Source: Flavobacterium sp.
GTDB taxonomy: Bacteria; Bacteroidota; Bacteroidia; Flavobacteriales; Flavobacteriaceae
DNA length: 64,000 nt
Direction of reading: 5' to 3'
Assembly (NCBI GenBank): GCA_043772535.1
Contig: JAYVGC010000063.1
Coordinates: 4,613 to 68,612 of the forward strand
Of the stretch, positions 27,924-37,844 are shown one piece after another. The translations under genes were made by a program, and so were the position numbers. Positions within the stretch are counted from its first letter, which is position 1. Each line of letters starts with the position of its first letter. Below the pieces are notes generated by a model. The model was given only the letters and a program-made list of their open reading frames with translations. It did no database searches and was not told where the DNA came from.

Positions 27924-28040
27924 TTTGGGCGTTACCTGCTTGCTTCGTCCCTAGCAATGACAGGTCGGACTTTACGCTACACTCTTTTTTAAAGAAAAAA
28001 ACTTTAAAAAAGGAGTTTCACTGCAATTCCTAACGCAAAC
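27924..28040. repeat. intergenic REP-like palindromic element (copy 1 of 2 in the window)
   Basis: 'tttgggcgttacc...' then hairpin 'cttttttaaag-aaaaaaa-ctttaaaaaag', then 'gagtttcactgcaattcctaacgcaa'. The second copy at 53892-53989 has the same ends and core hairpin. Confidence 0.7.
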
Positions 28041-28115
28041 TAGGTTTTAACTCAAATATATTTATAAGTATTAAATATCTTTATTTTATATTTGCGTCAA
28101 TAAAATTATATTGTA

Positions 28116-29543
28116 ATGGAAGAATGCATCTCGGTTTTTGACATGCTCAAAATTGGCGTTGGACCATCAAGTTCTCACACACTAGGGCCTTGGCGCGCAG
28201 CCGAGCGTTTTTTGTCTGAATTAACTGCTAAAAATATCTTACCACAAATAATTAGAATAAAAGTTGATTTATTTGGCTCACTTTCTTTAACTGGTAAAGG
28301 ACACGCCACCGATTTAGCTATTATGCTTGGATTATCAGGTCAAGATCCAGAATATATTCCAATTGATGCTATTGCGGGCATTATTAAGTCTATCGAAGAT
28401 CGAAACGAAATAAATATAGCAAACAAAAAAAAAATACCGTTTTACTTTTTACAAGATATAATTTTTAATAAAAACTTTTTGCCTTTTCATGCCAATGGAT
28501 TAACATTTACTGCATTTTTAGACACTGATTCTGAATATATCTCAACTTTTTATTCCATTGGAGGTGGTTTTGTAATTAAAGAAGAGCGAATCAATGCCAA
28601 AAAGAAAATAGTTATAAAATGTGCTTTCCCGTTCCCAATTGAGAATGCGGCACAACTTTTAGCATATACTGTTTCAGAAAACAAATCCATTTCAGAAATT
28701 GTTTACGAGAACGAAAAATCAATGCGAACTGAAGCTGTAATCGACCACGAATTACTACGAATTTGGAGCACCATGCTCGAATGTATGTATATTGGATGCC
28801 ATTCTGAAGGTATATTACCCGGCGGATTAAATGTTAGAAGGCGCGCTTTTGACATGCATCAAAATTTAATTGGCTTGGCTAATTACCACTCACCACAAAC
28901 TTGGTTACAAGAAATACGAAAAACCGAGGTTAAATTTCGACAAATTTTAAAATGGGTTTCTTGTTTCGCATTAGCAGTCAACGAGGTAAATGCCGCATTG
29001 GGCCGGGTTGTAACGGCTCCTACCAACGGCAGTGCAGGCGTAATTCCAGCTGTTTTGATGTACTATTTAGTCATCGAAAACCACAATGCTACCGAAGAGC
29101 ACATTAAACGATTTTTAATGGTAGCAGGTGAAATAGGAAGTATTTTTAAAAAAGGTGCTACAATTTCAGCAGCTATGGGTGGGTGCCAGGCAGAAATTGG
29201 TGTTTCGAGTGCTATGGCAGCAGCGGCACTATGCGAAATGATGGGCGGCACACCAGACCAAGTATTAATGGCAGCCGAAATTGCTATGGAACATCATTTG
29301 GGAATGACCTGCGACCCCATTGGTGGTTTAGTCCAAATTCCGTGTATCGAGCGCAACACTATGGGCGCCATTAAGGCTATTAACGCAGCTGAATTGGCAC
29401 TAGAAACCGATGCGAAAAACGCTAAAGTACCGCTCGATAAAGTAATTGCAACTATGTGGAAAACGGCTCAAGATATGAATTCGAAATATAAAGAAACATC
29501 AGAAGGTGGTTTAGCAATAGCTGTTAATATGTCAGATTGCTAA
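28116..29543 (+). CDS. sdaA: L-serine ammonia-lyase (iron-sulfur dependent, single-chain)
   Basis: Has '[20 protein letters not shown]', '[13 protein letters not shown]', '[15 protein letters not shown]', '[10 protein letters not shown]'. Confidence 0.92.
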   Translation: MEECISVFDMLKIGVGPSSSHTLGPWRAAERFLSELTAKNILPQIIRIKVDLFGSLSLTGKGHATDLAIMLGLSGQDPEYIPIDAIAGIIKSIEDRNEINIANKKKIPFYFLQDIIFNKNFLPFHANGLTFTAFLDTDSEYISTFYSIGGGFVIKEERINAKKKIVIKCAFPFPIENAAQLLAYTVSENKSISEIVYENEKSMRTEAVIDHELLRIWSTMLECMYIGCHSEGILPGGLNVRRRAFDMHQNLIGLANYHSPQTWLQEIRKTEVKFRQILKWVSCFALAVNEVNAALGRVVTAPTNGSAGVIPAVLMYYLVIENHNATEEHIKRFLMVAGEIGSIFKKGATISAAMGGCQAEIGVSSAMAAAALCEMMGGTPDQVLMAAEIAMEHHLGMTCDPIGGLVQIPCIERNTMGAIKAINAAELALETDAKNAKVPLDKVIATMWKTAQDMNSKYKETSEGGLAIAVNMSDC

Positions 29544-29585
29544 ACTATTAGTAAAATAAATAAAACCAAGCATAAAATTATTTTA

Positions 29586-31331
29586 TTATTTTCGCTCCCC
29601 TATTTGTTGGCGCCACATGGCATAATACAACCCTTTTTCGAGCAACAAATCATCATGCTTACCCTCTTCTATAATTTTGCCTTGTTCTAAAACAAAAATT
29701 TTATCGGCATGCATAATTGTTGACAAGCGATGGGCAATTAAAACAGTGATTCGGTTTTGGTCGGAAATATTTCTAATAGTTGTATTAATTTCCTCTTCGG
29801 TTATCGAGTCTAGGGCCGATGTTGCTTCATCAAAAATTAATAAATTAGGGTTTCTTAAAATGGCCCGTGCAATAGATAACCGTTGCTTTTCGCCACCAGA
29901 AACTTTAATTCCACCTTCGCCAATTGTAGTGTTTAAACCATCTTGGGCACGTTCTAACAATTTTGTACAACTTGCTTTTTTTAGTACATCAAGTAAATCA
30001 TTATCGCTAGCACTTGGTTTTACAAATAATAAATTTTCACGAATTGTTCCTGAAAACAGTTGTGCATCTTGTGTTACAAACCCCAGTTGTTTTCGTAATT
30101 CTAATAAATCAATTTCAGATGAGTTTATACCGTTGTATTTTACTTTTCCTTCTTTTGGAGGATACAATCCTACTAATAACTTTACTAAGGTCGTTTTTCC
30201 TGCACCCGATGGCCCTACAAAAGCAACGGTTTCGCCCTTTTCAATTTTAAAATTTATATTTTCAACTGCATTTTGATTTGCCGTTTGATGTTTAAAACTA
30301 ACATTTAAAAATTCTAACGAAGCTATAGTTCCTATTAATTTAGGGTTTTTTGGTCGGAATTCTGATTTTGCATTTAGCAAAGCGCTAAAATTATCTAAAG
30401 AAACCTTCGATTCGTTTTTAACGATTATAAAGGCACTTAATTCTTGCAAAGGACCAAAAATAAAAAAAGTAAAAAAGACCATTGTAAGTAAATCGCCAAC
30501 TAAAATTTTTCCTCCAAATAAAAAGTAATACAGTGCAAAAACAACTGATGTACGCAAAAAATGTACCGTTGTGCCTTGAATAAAACTTAAACTTCGAATA
30601 AAACGAATTTTTTCTAATTCTAATTTCAAAATTTTTAAGGTATTTAAATTCAATCTTTTTTCTTCTTGGCGCGTGAGTCCTAAACTTTTAACCAACTCAA
30701 TGTTACGCAAACTTTCGGTAGTTGCACCCGCTAAAGCATTAGTTTGCCCAATAATTTTTTTAGAAACTATTTTAATTTTTTTTCCTAAATACGAACTCAA
30801 AAAAGCAATTATTGGAGCTGCAATAAAAAATATAAATGAAATTCGATAATCAATGCGCGAGATATATAAAATTACAAAAACAAAGCCGACAACAGTTTGA
30901 AAAATTAGTGCTATCGAAAGTGTAATTAATTTTTCAGAGTCGGTGCGTACTTTTTGCAATTTACTTAAGGTTTCGCCACTTCGCTGGTCTTCAAAATCTT
31001 CAAACGGCAACCCTAACGATTTTTTAATTCCGTCGGTGTACATTGCAGCCCCCGAGCGCTGAATTACACTATTTGTAAAATAATCTTGAAAATTTTTAGT
31101 CAATCTTGAAATCATTGCTGCACCTAATGAAAGTGCCAACCAAAAAAATAATGACTTTAAAAAGCCCGCTTCGTTTCCTTTATATTTCAAAATTCCAACT
31201 CCACAATCTTGCAATAATTTTCCGGTAATAATTGAGTCACTTAAACTAAAGCAAATATTAATGGTTGCCATTAAGAGCGCAAAAAACAACAATTTTTTGT
31301 GGGGTTTTAAATAAGAATATAAAATTTTCAT
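29586..31331 (-). CDS. ABC exporter, fused permease/ATPase (MsbA/multidrug-type)
   Basis: Six N-terminal TM helices, Walker A 'GPSGAGKTT', signature 'VSGGEKQRLSIARA', and Walker B 'LIFDEATSALD'. Confidence 0.9.
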   Translation of the reverse strand: MKILYSYLKPHKKLLFFALLMATINICFSLSDSIITGKLLQDCGVGILKYKGNEAGFLKSLFFWLALSLGAAMISRLTKNFQDYFTNSVIQRSGAAMYTDGIKKSLGLPFEDFEDQRSGETLSKLQKVRTDSEKLITLSIALIFQTVVGFVFVILYISRIDYRISFIFFIAAPIIAFLSSYLGKKIKIVSKKIIGQTNALAGATTESLRNIELVKSLGLTRQEEKRLNLNTLKILKLELEKIRFIRSLSFIQGTTVHFLRTSVVFALYYFLFGGKILVGDLLTMVFFTFFIFGPLQELSAFIIVKNESKVSLDNFSALLNAKSEFRPKNPKLIGTIASLEFLNVSFKHQTANQNAVENINFKIEKGETVAFVGPSGAGKTTLVKLLVGLYPPKEGKVKYNGINSSEIDLLELRKQLGFVTQDAQLFSGTIRENLLFVKPSASDNDLLDVLKKASCTKLLERAQDGLNTTIGEGGIKVSGGEKQRLSIARAILRNPNLLIFDEATSALDSITEEEINTTIRNISDQNRITVLIAHRLSTIMHADKIFVLEQGKIIEEGKHDDLLLEKGLYYAMWRQQIGERK

Positions 31332-31664
31332 TGTGTTTTTTTAGACTGTAAAAGTAGTGAAAAAGAAATCTATTCTTTGACGTTTTAATTTACTTTTAAA
31401 TTTAAAATACGGATGACGTTTATAAAAAATTGGTGGAATTTTAAATATAGAAACACCCTTAACTGTAAAAATAGGTATTGATTTTGGCAGTAGCGTTCAC
31501 TAAAATAGTATTTTACGGTCACAATAGTACCTGTTCATTAAATAAATAATAGCTCTAGTTACAGTATAAAAACTTTTAGTTGCCTTGCCTCTTAATTTTG
31601 CATATTTTGTTAAAAATGACTATTATTGTACTATCATAAAAAACGAATTACAAAAAATAAAAAA

Positions 31665-32240
31665 ATGGCAATCAACTTACAAAAAGGACAAAAAATAGAT
31701 ATTGGTTTATCAAAAATAACGGTTGGATTGGGCTGGGATCCAAATGAAGGCACCGGTCGCGATTTTGATTTGGATGCATCGGCAATTATGATTAATGCTG
31801 AACGTAAATTGCTGGGTGAAAATTATTTTATTTTTTATAATAATTTAAATTCTCCAGATGGCGCACTAGAGCATACCGGAGACGACCCAACAGGCGGCAA
31901 CAGTGACGGAGCAGACGATGAAGCAATAAAGGTTGATTTAACTAAAATTGACGCAAACGTGCAAGAAATACTTTTTGTTGTTACAATTGAAGATTTTGAA
32001 GCAAGAAAACAAAATTTTGGTCAAGTTAGAAATTCATATATCAGAATTGTTGACGATGCTACTGGCGAGGAGATTGCTAAATATGAATTGGACGAAGATT
32101 TTTCGATAGAAACTGGCGTAGAATTCGGTAGATTATACAGAAGAAATGGGCAGTGGAAATTTGAAGCATCAGGTATCGGATACAAAGCAGATTTAAGTTT
32201 TTTTCTAGAGAAATATTATTCAGGAGAAATTATAAAATAG
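31665..32240 (+). CDS. terD: TerD-family stress protein (paralog 1)
   Basis: Has 'MAINLQKGQK', 'GLGWDPN', 'DFDLDASAIM', 'HTGDDPTGGNSDGADDE' (Ca-binding DGDDE-like loop), 'GRLYRRNGQWKFEA'. The start was trimmed to the ATG at 31665. Confidence 0.9.
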   Translation: MAINLQKGQKIDIGLSKITVGLGWDPNEGTGRDFDLDASAIMINAERKLLGENYFIFYNNLNSPDGALEHTGDDPTGGNSDGADDEAIKVDLTKIDANVQEILFVVTIEDFEARKQNFGQVRNSYIRIVDDATGEEIAKYELDEDFSIETGVEFGRLYRRNGQWKFEASGIGYKADLSFFLEKYYSGEIIK

Positions 32241-32278
32241 GCTTTTAAACGACGATAAATAATCCTTAAAAATATCCT

Positions 32279-32944
32279 TTGAAACTAGATTATTCAAAAC
32301 ACCAGCATTTTTCGTTTGATTTATGGTTAACATTAATAAAATCGAATCCAGAATTTAAGAGTAAGAGAAATCTATTATTTAAAGATTTTTTTGAAATAAA
32401 CTGTTCAATTGATAAAGTTACAGAAACGGTGCGGTATTATGACGTTTTATGCAATGCCATAAATGAAAAAACAGGACTTAATATTGATACCAATGAGATT
32501 TATTATTTAATTTTGTATGCACTAAATGTAAACATCAATGAAATAAGTACAGCACAATTAAGTTTATTTTACAAGGCAGCAGAACTATTGTTTTTAGAAT
32601 ATAAACCGCAACTACTATATCCAAATATTAAAATAGTATTTGAGGAAATAGCCGCACAGCAAAAAACAATCAATATTTTAAGTAATACTGCGTTTATAAA
32701 AGGTACTACTTTAAGAAAAATTATTTCATATTATGAATTAAGTGATTATTTTAAATTTCAAATTTATTCGGACGAAGTTGGATTTTCAAAACCAAATCCA
32801 AAAATATTTGAAGTAGTATTTGACCAAATAAATAATATAAAACCAATACAAAAAAAACAAGTATTGCACATTGGTGACAATATTGTAGCCGATTATAATG
32901 GTGCACTTCGATTTGGATTTGACGCACATTTATTAAAAATATAA
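32279..32944 (+). CDS. HAD-superfamily hydrolase (Ter-associated)
   Basis: Motif I 'FSFDLWLTL' (Asp+2 replaced by Trp), 'GFSKPNPKIFE' (motif III Lys) and 'HIGDNIVADYNGA' (motif IV). TTG start. Confidence 0.75.
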   Translation: MKLDYSKHQHFSFDLWLTLIKSNPEFKSKRNLLFKDFFEINCSIDKVTETVRYYDVLCNAINEKTGLNIDTNEIYYLILYALNVNINEISTAQLSLFYKAAELLFLEYKPQLLYPNIKIVFEEIAAQQKTINILSNTAFIKGTTLRKIISYYELSDYFKFQIYSDEVGFSKPNPKIFEVVFDQINNIKPIQKKQVLHIGDNIVADYNGALRFGFDAHLLKI

Positions 32945-32948
32945 AACC

Positions 32949-33755
32949 GTGAAAAGTAGTTACAGTTTACATAAAATAATTAATGAAACCGAGTACCCGT
33001 TTGATGCAAACGAATACAGTTGGTTTAAATTTGGCGACAAGCACTATGCTGAAAAATTTGCAATAGAATTGTTTAACGGATTTATAGAAAAATACAGCGA
33101 CTTACTTTTATCAAGCAATGATATTGTAGTGCTTCCAAGTCCTTATTTATCAATTCCTACAGCGTCAAATTTTTTGTGCTTCTATTTTAAAAAGTGTTTA
33201 AATAGCTTTCTTTTTAAAAATAATAAAAAGGCAAGTATCGAATCTAAAATTTATCGAAACCAAACGTATGTTACCGATTACGGAAATTTAAATTTTGATG
33301 AAAGAGTACAACTAATAGCGAATGACACCTACTATATTGATCGAAATTTTATTAATGATAAATTGTGTATTTTTGTTGATGACATTAAAATTACAGGCAG
33401 TCATGAGCATACCGTCAATAAAATATTAGATCAATACGATGTCAATGGTAATTTTATATTTGTTTATTTTGCCGAATTAAGCAACAAAGAGATTCATCCA
33501 AAAATAGAAAACCATTATAATTATTTTGCTATTGAAAATTTAGACAGTATTATTGAGGTGGTTAACAGAAATAAATTTCAATTTAATACAAGAATCATAA
33601 AATACATATTAAACCTTGATGAAAAGCAGTTTACAGTATTAATAAATGCCATTTCGATTGAAAAACGCAACGATCTATTTCATTTAGCAATTAGTAATAA
33701 CTATCATCAAATTATTGAATATCAGAGTAACATTGAATCAATAAAAATCGTTTAA
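32949..33755 (+). CDS. phosphoribosyltransferase-like protein (Ter-associated PRTase)
   Basis: PRPP-binding loop 'LCIFVDDIKITGSHEHTV'. GTG start 4 nt after the HAD gene. Confidence 0.7.
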   Translation: MKSSYSLHKIINETEYPFDANEYSWFKFGDKHYAEKFAIELFNGFIEKYSDLLLSSNDIVVLPSPYLSIPTASNFLCFYFKKCLNSFLFKNNKKASIESKIYRNQTYVTDYGNLNFDERVQLIANDTYYIDRNFINDKLCIFVDDIKITGSHEHTVNKILDQYDVNGNFIFVYFAELSNKEIHPKIENHYNYFAIENLDSIIEVVNRNKFQFNTRIIKYILNLDEKQFTVLINAISIEKRNDLFHLAISNNYHQIIEYQSNIESIKIV

Positions 33756-34027
33756 GTCAGCAAACAAAAAAATTGAATCTTCAAACTTTTAATCGCATAG
33801 AAAAATGACATATACAACGCAGGATATAAAAAACTTACAGTTAAAAATTTGGTTTAATAAATCGCCAATGGAAAGATTACACCAGTTTACGACTGATAAT
33901 GAAGCACTAATTAATTTTTGAAAAGAAGTTAAATCTTCAGATTAAATTTTAAAAGTTATTTCTAGTAAAAATACAATTGACACTTCAAAAAATACTAATA
34001 GTTCAAAAACTAAAAAAAATTAAAATT

Positions 34028-34582
34028 ATGGCAATCAACTTACAAAAAGGGCAAAGAGAAAATATAAATGCTCCAAAATTTACAATTGGATTAGGATGGG
34101 ACACAAATAGTAGTGCAACAGGTTCAGGCTTTGATTTAGACGCCTCAGTATTTGTACTAGGCGAAAACAAAAAATTAATTTCAGATGCTCATTTTATATT
34201 TTATAACAACCTTAAATCGCCCGATGATGCCGTTATTCATACCGGAGATAATTTAACAGGCGACGGCGATGGTGATGACGAGCAAATTAAAATTGACTTA
34301 ACAAAAATAAATCCTGCTGTAAAAGAGATTTGTGTAGTTGTAACAATTCACGACAGCGAAGCCCGAAAACAAAATTTTGGTCAAGTTCGCAATTCATTTA
34401 TCAGAATTGTTGATGATAGCAATACCACCGAAATGGTTAAATATGAATTAGAGGAAGATTTTTCGATAGAAACAGCAGTTGAATTTGGAAGAATATACAA
34501 CAAAGACGGACAATGGAAATTTGAAGCGATTGGCGTTGGCATGAAAGGTGGACTTCAGGATTATTTAAATAAATATAACTAA
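34028..34582 (+). CDS. terD: TerD-family stress protein (paralog 2)
   Basis: Has 'MAINLQKGQRENINAPKFTIGLGWD', 'GFDLDASVFVL', 'HTGDNLTGDGDGDDEQIKIDL'. The start was trimmed to the ATG at 34028. Confidence 0.9.
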   Translation: MAINLQKGQRENINAPKFTIGLGWDTNSSATGSGFDLDASVFVLGENKKLISDAHFIFYNNLKSPDDAVIHTGDNLTGDGDGDDEQIKIDLTKINPAVKEICVVVTIHDSEARKQNFGQVRNSFIRIVDDSNTTEMVKYELEEDFSIETAVEFGRIYNKDGQWKFEAIGVGMKGGLQDYLNKYN

Positions 34583-34586
34583 AACT

Positions 34587-35195
34587 ATGGCAATTAATTT
34601 AGAAAAAGGGCAACGAATTAATCTTGAAAAAGGCAATGGAACTACCCTTCAAAACATTTGTGTGGGCGTAAATTGGGGTGCAATTGAAAAAAAGGGGCTT
34701 TTTGGCACTAAAAAAGAGCCCGTAGATTTGGATGCAAGCTGCGCTATTTATGACGACAAGAAAAATCATATTGATTCGGTAAATTTTAAAAAACTACAAT
34801 CAAATGATCAAGCCATAAAACATAGTGGCGATGATTTAACTGGTGATTTAGACGGCGATGACGGGCTAGATAACGAAGTAATTACCCTAGATTTTTCGAA
34901 ATTATCTCCTGCAGCAAGCCATGTTGCTTTTTTTATAAATAGCTTTAGAGGTCAAGATTTTAAAGACATTCCGTTTGCATCGATACGCATATACGAAGGA
35001 ACTCCTACTAAAGTGAACCAAGAATATGCACGCTATGATATTGCAAATGACGCTTCTTTTGCAGGTAACGTTTCGATGGTACTTGGGGTTTTTTATAAAA
35101 GAAACGAACAATGGAAGTTCAACGCCATTGGTGTTGCCACTAAAGATAAAAAACTAGAAGAAACAGTGATCACAATTCAAACAAATCATTTATAA
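34587..35195 (+). CDS. diverged TerD-domain protein (paralog 3, longer type)
   Basis: Has 'MAINLEKGQRINLEK', 'VGVNWGAIEKKGLFG', 'VDLDASCAIYD', 'HSGDDLTGDLDGDDGLDNEVITLD'. Confidence 0.85.
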   Translation: MAINLEKGQRINLEKGNGTTLQNICVGVNWGAIEKKGLFGTKKEPVDLDASCAIYDDKKNHIDSVNFKKLQSNDQAIKHSGDDLTGDLDGDDGLDNEVITLDFSKLSPAASHVAFFINSFRGQDFKDIPFASIRIYEGTPTKVNQEYARYDIANDASFAGNVSMVLGVFYKRNEQWKFNAIGVATKDKKLEETVITIQTNHL

Positions 35196-35202
35196 AAAAA
35201 GT

Positions 35203-36291
35203 ATGACAGATAATCAATTAGTTACTCAAGAAAATGTAGCATTGATTGATAAAAATGGAAATGTAAATTTAACATCTATTTCAGCAAGTGAAGTAGCTAA
35301 TTACAAATCGATTTCTAATCAGTTAAATGAAAACGATGCGAATTCAATTTTAAATTACGGTGCAGAAATTCAAAATGCAATTGCCAAACAAAGCGATACT
35401 TTTTTGACCAACGTACGAACTTATAATTCAGGAGAAGTTGGAACTTTGATAAATGATTTATTAACAGAATTAAATTATGTTGATGTAGACCAATTGGATC
35501 AAGGTCCTTTTAAACGATTTCTTTCTAAAATTCCACTAGTTAATAAACTGGTTGTTGATGTAAAAAAATTATTTCAACAATATGATAAAATTACTGTAAA
35601 TATTGATAAAATTAGCAATAAAGTTAAAGCAGGAATGATCAATTCTGCAAAAGACAACAGCGCATTACAAACTATGTTTGACGGCAACGTAGGATTGATA
35701 AAAGAAATGGAACAACACATTATTGGTGGTCAAATTCGATTTAAAGAATTGAGCGAAGAACTTGCCGTAATGGATACCAATACCACCCAGTACCAGGACT
35801 ATCAAATATCTGACAAAAGAAACTACATTAACCGACTAGACAAACGTTTAGCCGATATGAAAATTGTTCGCTTCATTATGTTACAGTCGTTGGCACAAAT
35901 TCGGGTGGTGCAAAACAACAACACCTCTATTGCCGAAAAAGCACAATCGATATTAACCACTACAATGCCCGTTTGGAAAAACCAACTTACATTGGCGGTT
36001 GCCTTGCAACGACAAAAGCAAAATATTGAAATTCAACGTAAAGTAGCCGAAACGACCAATACTATTTTACAAAAAAATGCCGAGATGCTTAAACAAAACA
36101 GCATTGAAGTTGCCAAAGAAAACGAAAATACAATTGTATCGCTTGAAACACTTAAAATAACAACAAAATCATTAATCGATACTTTAACAGAAGTAAAACA
36201 AATTCATGATCAAGGAACAGAAACCAGAAGACAACTTGATGCAGGATTGCACAGTCTTGAAAGCGAATTAAAAAAAGGAGTTATCAGTTAA
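35203..36291 (+). CDS. telA: TelA-family toxic anion resistance protein
   Basis: Has 'ILNYGAEIQNAIAKQSDTFLTNVRTYNSGEVGTLINDLLTEL' and long coiled-coil regions. 362 aa. Confidence 0.85.
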   Translation: MTDNQLVTQENVALIDKNGNVNLTSISASEVANYKSISNQLNENDANSILNYGAEIQNAIAKQSDTFLTNVRTYNSGEVGTLINDLLTELNYVDVDQLDQGPFKRFLSKIPLVNKLVVDVKKLFQQYDKITVNIDKISNKVKAGMINSAKDNSALQTMFDGNVGLIKEMEQHIIGGQIRFKELSEELAVMDTNTTQYQDYQISDKRNYINRLDKRLADMKIVRFIMLQSLAQIRVVQNNNTSIAEKAQSILTTTMPVWKNQLTLAVALQRQKQNIEIQRKVAETTNTILQKNAEMLKQNSIEVAKENENTIVSLETLKITTKSLIDTLTEVKQIHDQGTETRRQLDAGLHSLESELKKGVIS

Positions 36292-36314
36292 ACTGACCAA
36301 AGCAAGACCATTAC

Positions 36315-37280
36315 ATGACAGATGAAGAAGAACGATATGTTCAAATAATAAAGGAAAGTAATAAGAAGCTTGTGATTTTAGAATTGTTATCCAATTTTTT
36401 TAATCATAAACATCTTATTGGAACTTTAATAAAAACAAAAATTATTCATACTCTTTTTCAAAATAACAGCACTTTAGACATTAATAAGCTTGAATTATTT
36501 CATATTCAATTTACCAATAGTCTGCTTGATTTGTTTAAAAAACTTAAAAAATCAAAAGAGCAAAATTATCTTTTAATTTCTGATGAGATTTATATCAATA
36601 AGGATATTATTTCAAAGTTAAAAATTGAAATTGATGAAATTAATTTTTTTGACCAGATGCGAGTTCATTCACAAAAAATGTCTAAAAAAATAGAACAACT
36701 TTATAATATGTTGGTTACCGATAACCTATCACCTTTTAGTTGGGACGATGTGGTAAACCATTCCAAACAAATTCAATCAGAGTACTATCGAGAAATAAAT
36801 AGTAACCAATACGAGCAATTAACGCAATTAAATAAAAGTGTATATCAAAATACATTTGCTATATTTGAAAAAAAACTTTTAGGACGCTTAAATATTTTTA
36901 AGTTTAAAATTAAATTTTTGTGCGGATTAGTTTGCAATAATAATTGTATCGAAGTGTATGAGTTTCGGGATTCGAATGATAAATTTATATTTGTTGACAA
37001 TGATAAATCGTTCTATTTTTTGGAGCATGAAAGTGCAAAAGGAATTGATTTTTCAAAAAATTGTTCTACTAAAAATCAAATTGTAATGCAACTCGAATCG
37101 AAAAATGCAGACCTAAAAGTAGCACTCGGTCAGATAAAAACCAGCTTGCCTGCAACGGTAGAAGAGGTATTAAAAAATTATTTGGATAAAATTTCGTCAG
37201 TAGATTTTTTAGAAGATTTGCAAAATGTTGATGAACAAACAAATATTTTAAAAACAATGTTAAATATTAAAATTAACTAA
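36315..37280 (+). CDS. hypothetical protein (321 aa) embedded in the Ter cluster
   Basis: Same-strand ORF between telA and a TerD gene, ending 7 nt before the next start. Helical and K/N/E-rich. No motif recognised. Confidence 0.55.
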   Translation: MTDEEERYVQIIKESNKKLVILELLSNFFNHKHLIGTLIKTKIIHTLFQNNSTLDINKLELFHIQFTNSLLDLFKKLKKSKEQNYLLISDEIYINKDIISKLKIEIDEINFFDQMRVHSQKMSKKIEQLYNMLVTDNLSPFSWDDVVNHSKQIQSEYYREINSNQYEQLTQLNKSVYQNTFAIFEKKLLGRLNIFKFKIKFLCGLVCNNNCIEVYEFRDSNDKFIFVDNDKSFYFLEHESAKGIDFSKNCSTKNQIVMQLESKNADLKVALGQIKTSLPATVEEVLKNYLDKISSVDFLEDLQNVDEQTNILKTMLNIKIN

Positions 37281-37287
37281 ACATAAA

Positions 37288-37839
37288 ATGGCAATTAATT
37301 TAGAAAAAGGACAACGACAAAGCATTGATGCTCCAAAATTTACTGTGGGATTAGGCTGGGATAGCAATGCGAGCAGCACAGGAGAAGGATTTGACTTAGA
37401 TGCATCTGTTTTTTTAATTGGCACAAATGGTAAAATTCCAAACGACAATCATTTTGTGTATTACAATAATTTAAAATCGCCGGACGGTGCTGTACTTCAT
37501 ACTGGAGATAACCTGACTGGAGATGGTGATGGCGATGATGAAAAAATACAAATTGATTTGTCAAAAATAGATCCACAAGTAAATGAAATTTCGTTTGTAG
37601 TAACCATTCATCATGCCGATACAAGAAGGCAAAATTTTGGTCAAATTAGAAACTCGTTTATTAGAATTTTAGACCAATTAAATGTAGAATTAGTAAAATA
37701 CGAACTCGACGAAGATTTTTCGATAGAAACAGCAGTCGAATTTGGACGACTTTACAAAAGAAACAGCGAGTGGAAATTTGAAGCAGTTGGCATAGGCATG
37801 AAAGGTGGATTACAAGATTATTTAACCAAATATAATTAA
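37288..37839 (+). CDS. terD: TerD-family stress protein (paralog 4)
   Basis: Has 'MAINLEKGQRQSIDAPKFTVGLGWD', 'GFDLDASVFLI', 'HTGDNLTGDGDGDDEKIQIDL'. Very similar to paralog 2. Confidence 0.9.
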   Translation: MAINLEKGQRQSIDAPKFTVGLGWDSNASSTGEGFDLDASVFLIGTNGKIPNDNHFVYYNNLKSPDGAVLHTGDNLTGDGDGDDEKIQIDLSKIDPQVNEISFVVTIHHADTRRQNFGQIRNSFIRILDQLNVELVKYELDEDFSIETAVEFGRLYKRNSEWKFEAVGIGMKGGLQDYLTKYN

Positions 37840-37844
37840 AAAAT

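Noticed and set aside
31626-31664. N-terminal extensions given by the ORF track for several genes: 31626, 33977, 25168, 53227, 57040, 57912 and 21753.
   Set aside because: Internal ATGs give the family-typical N-termini ('MAINLQKGQ', 'MKVAHLINSMGTGGAE', 'MMVTLFTATYNR', 'MATVMLGGNPI'). They also produce ATGA-type coupling with neighbours. The extensions start at TTG/GTG or overlap the upstream gene heavily.
33805-33921. A 38-aa ORF (MTYTTQDIKNLQLKIWFNKSPMERLHQFTTDNEALINF) in the 272-nt gap before the second TerD gene.
   Set aside because: It does not fill the gap tightly and has no coupling to neighbours or recognisable motif. It cannot be told apart from a chance ORF in AT-rich DNA without conservation data.
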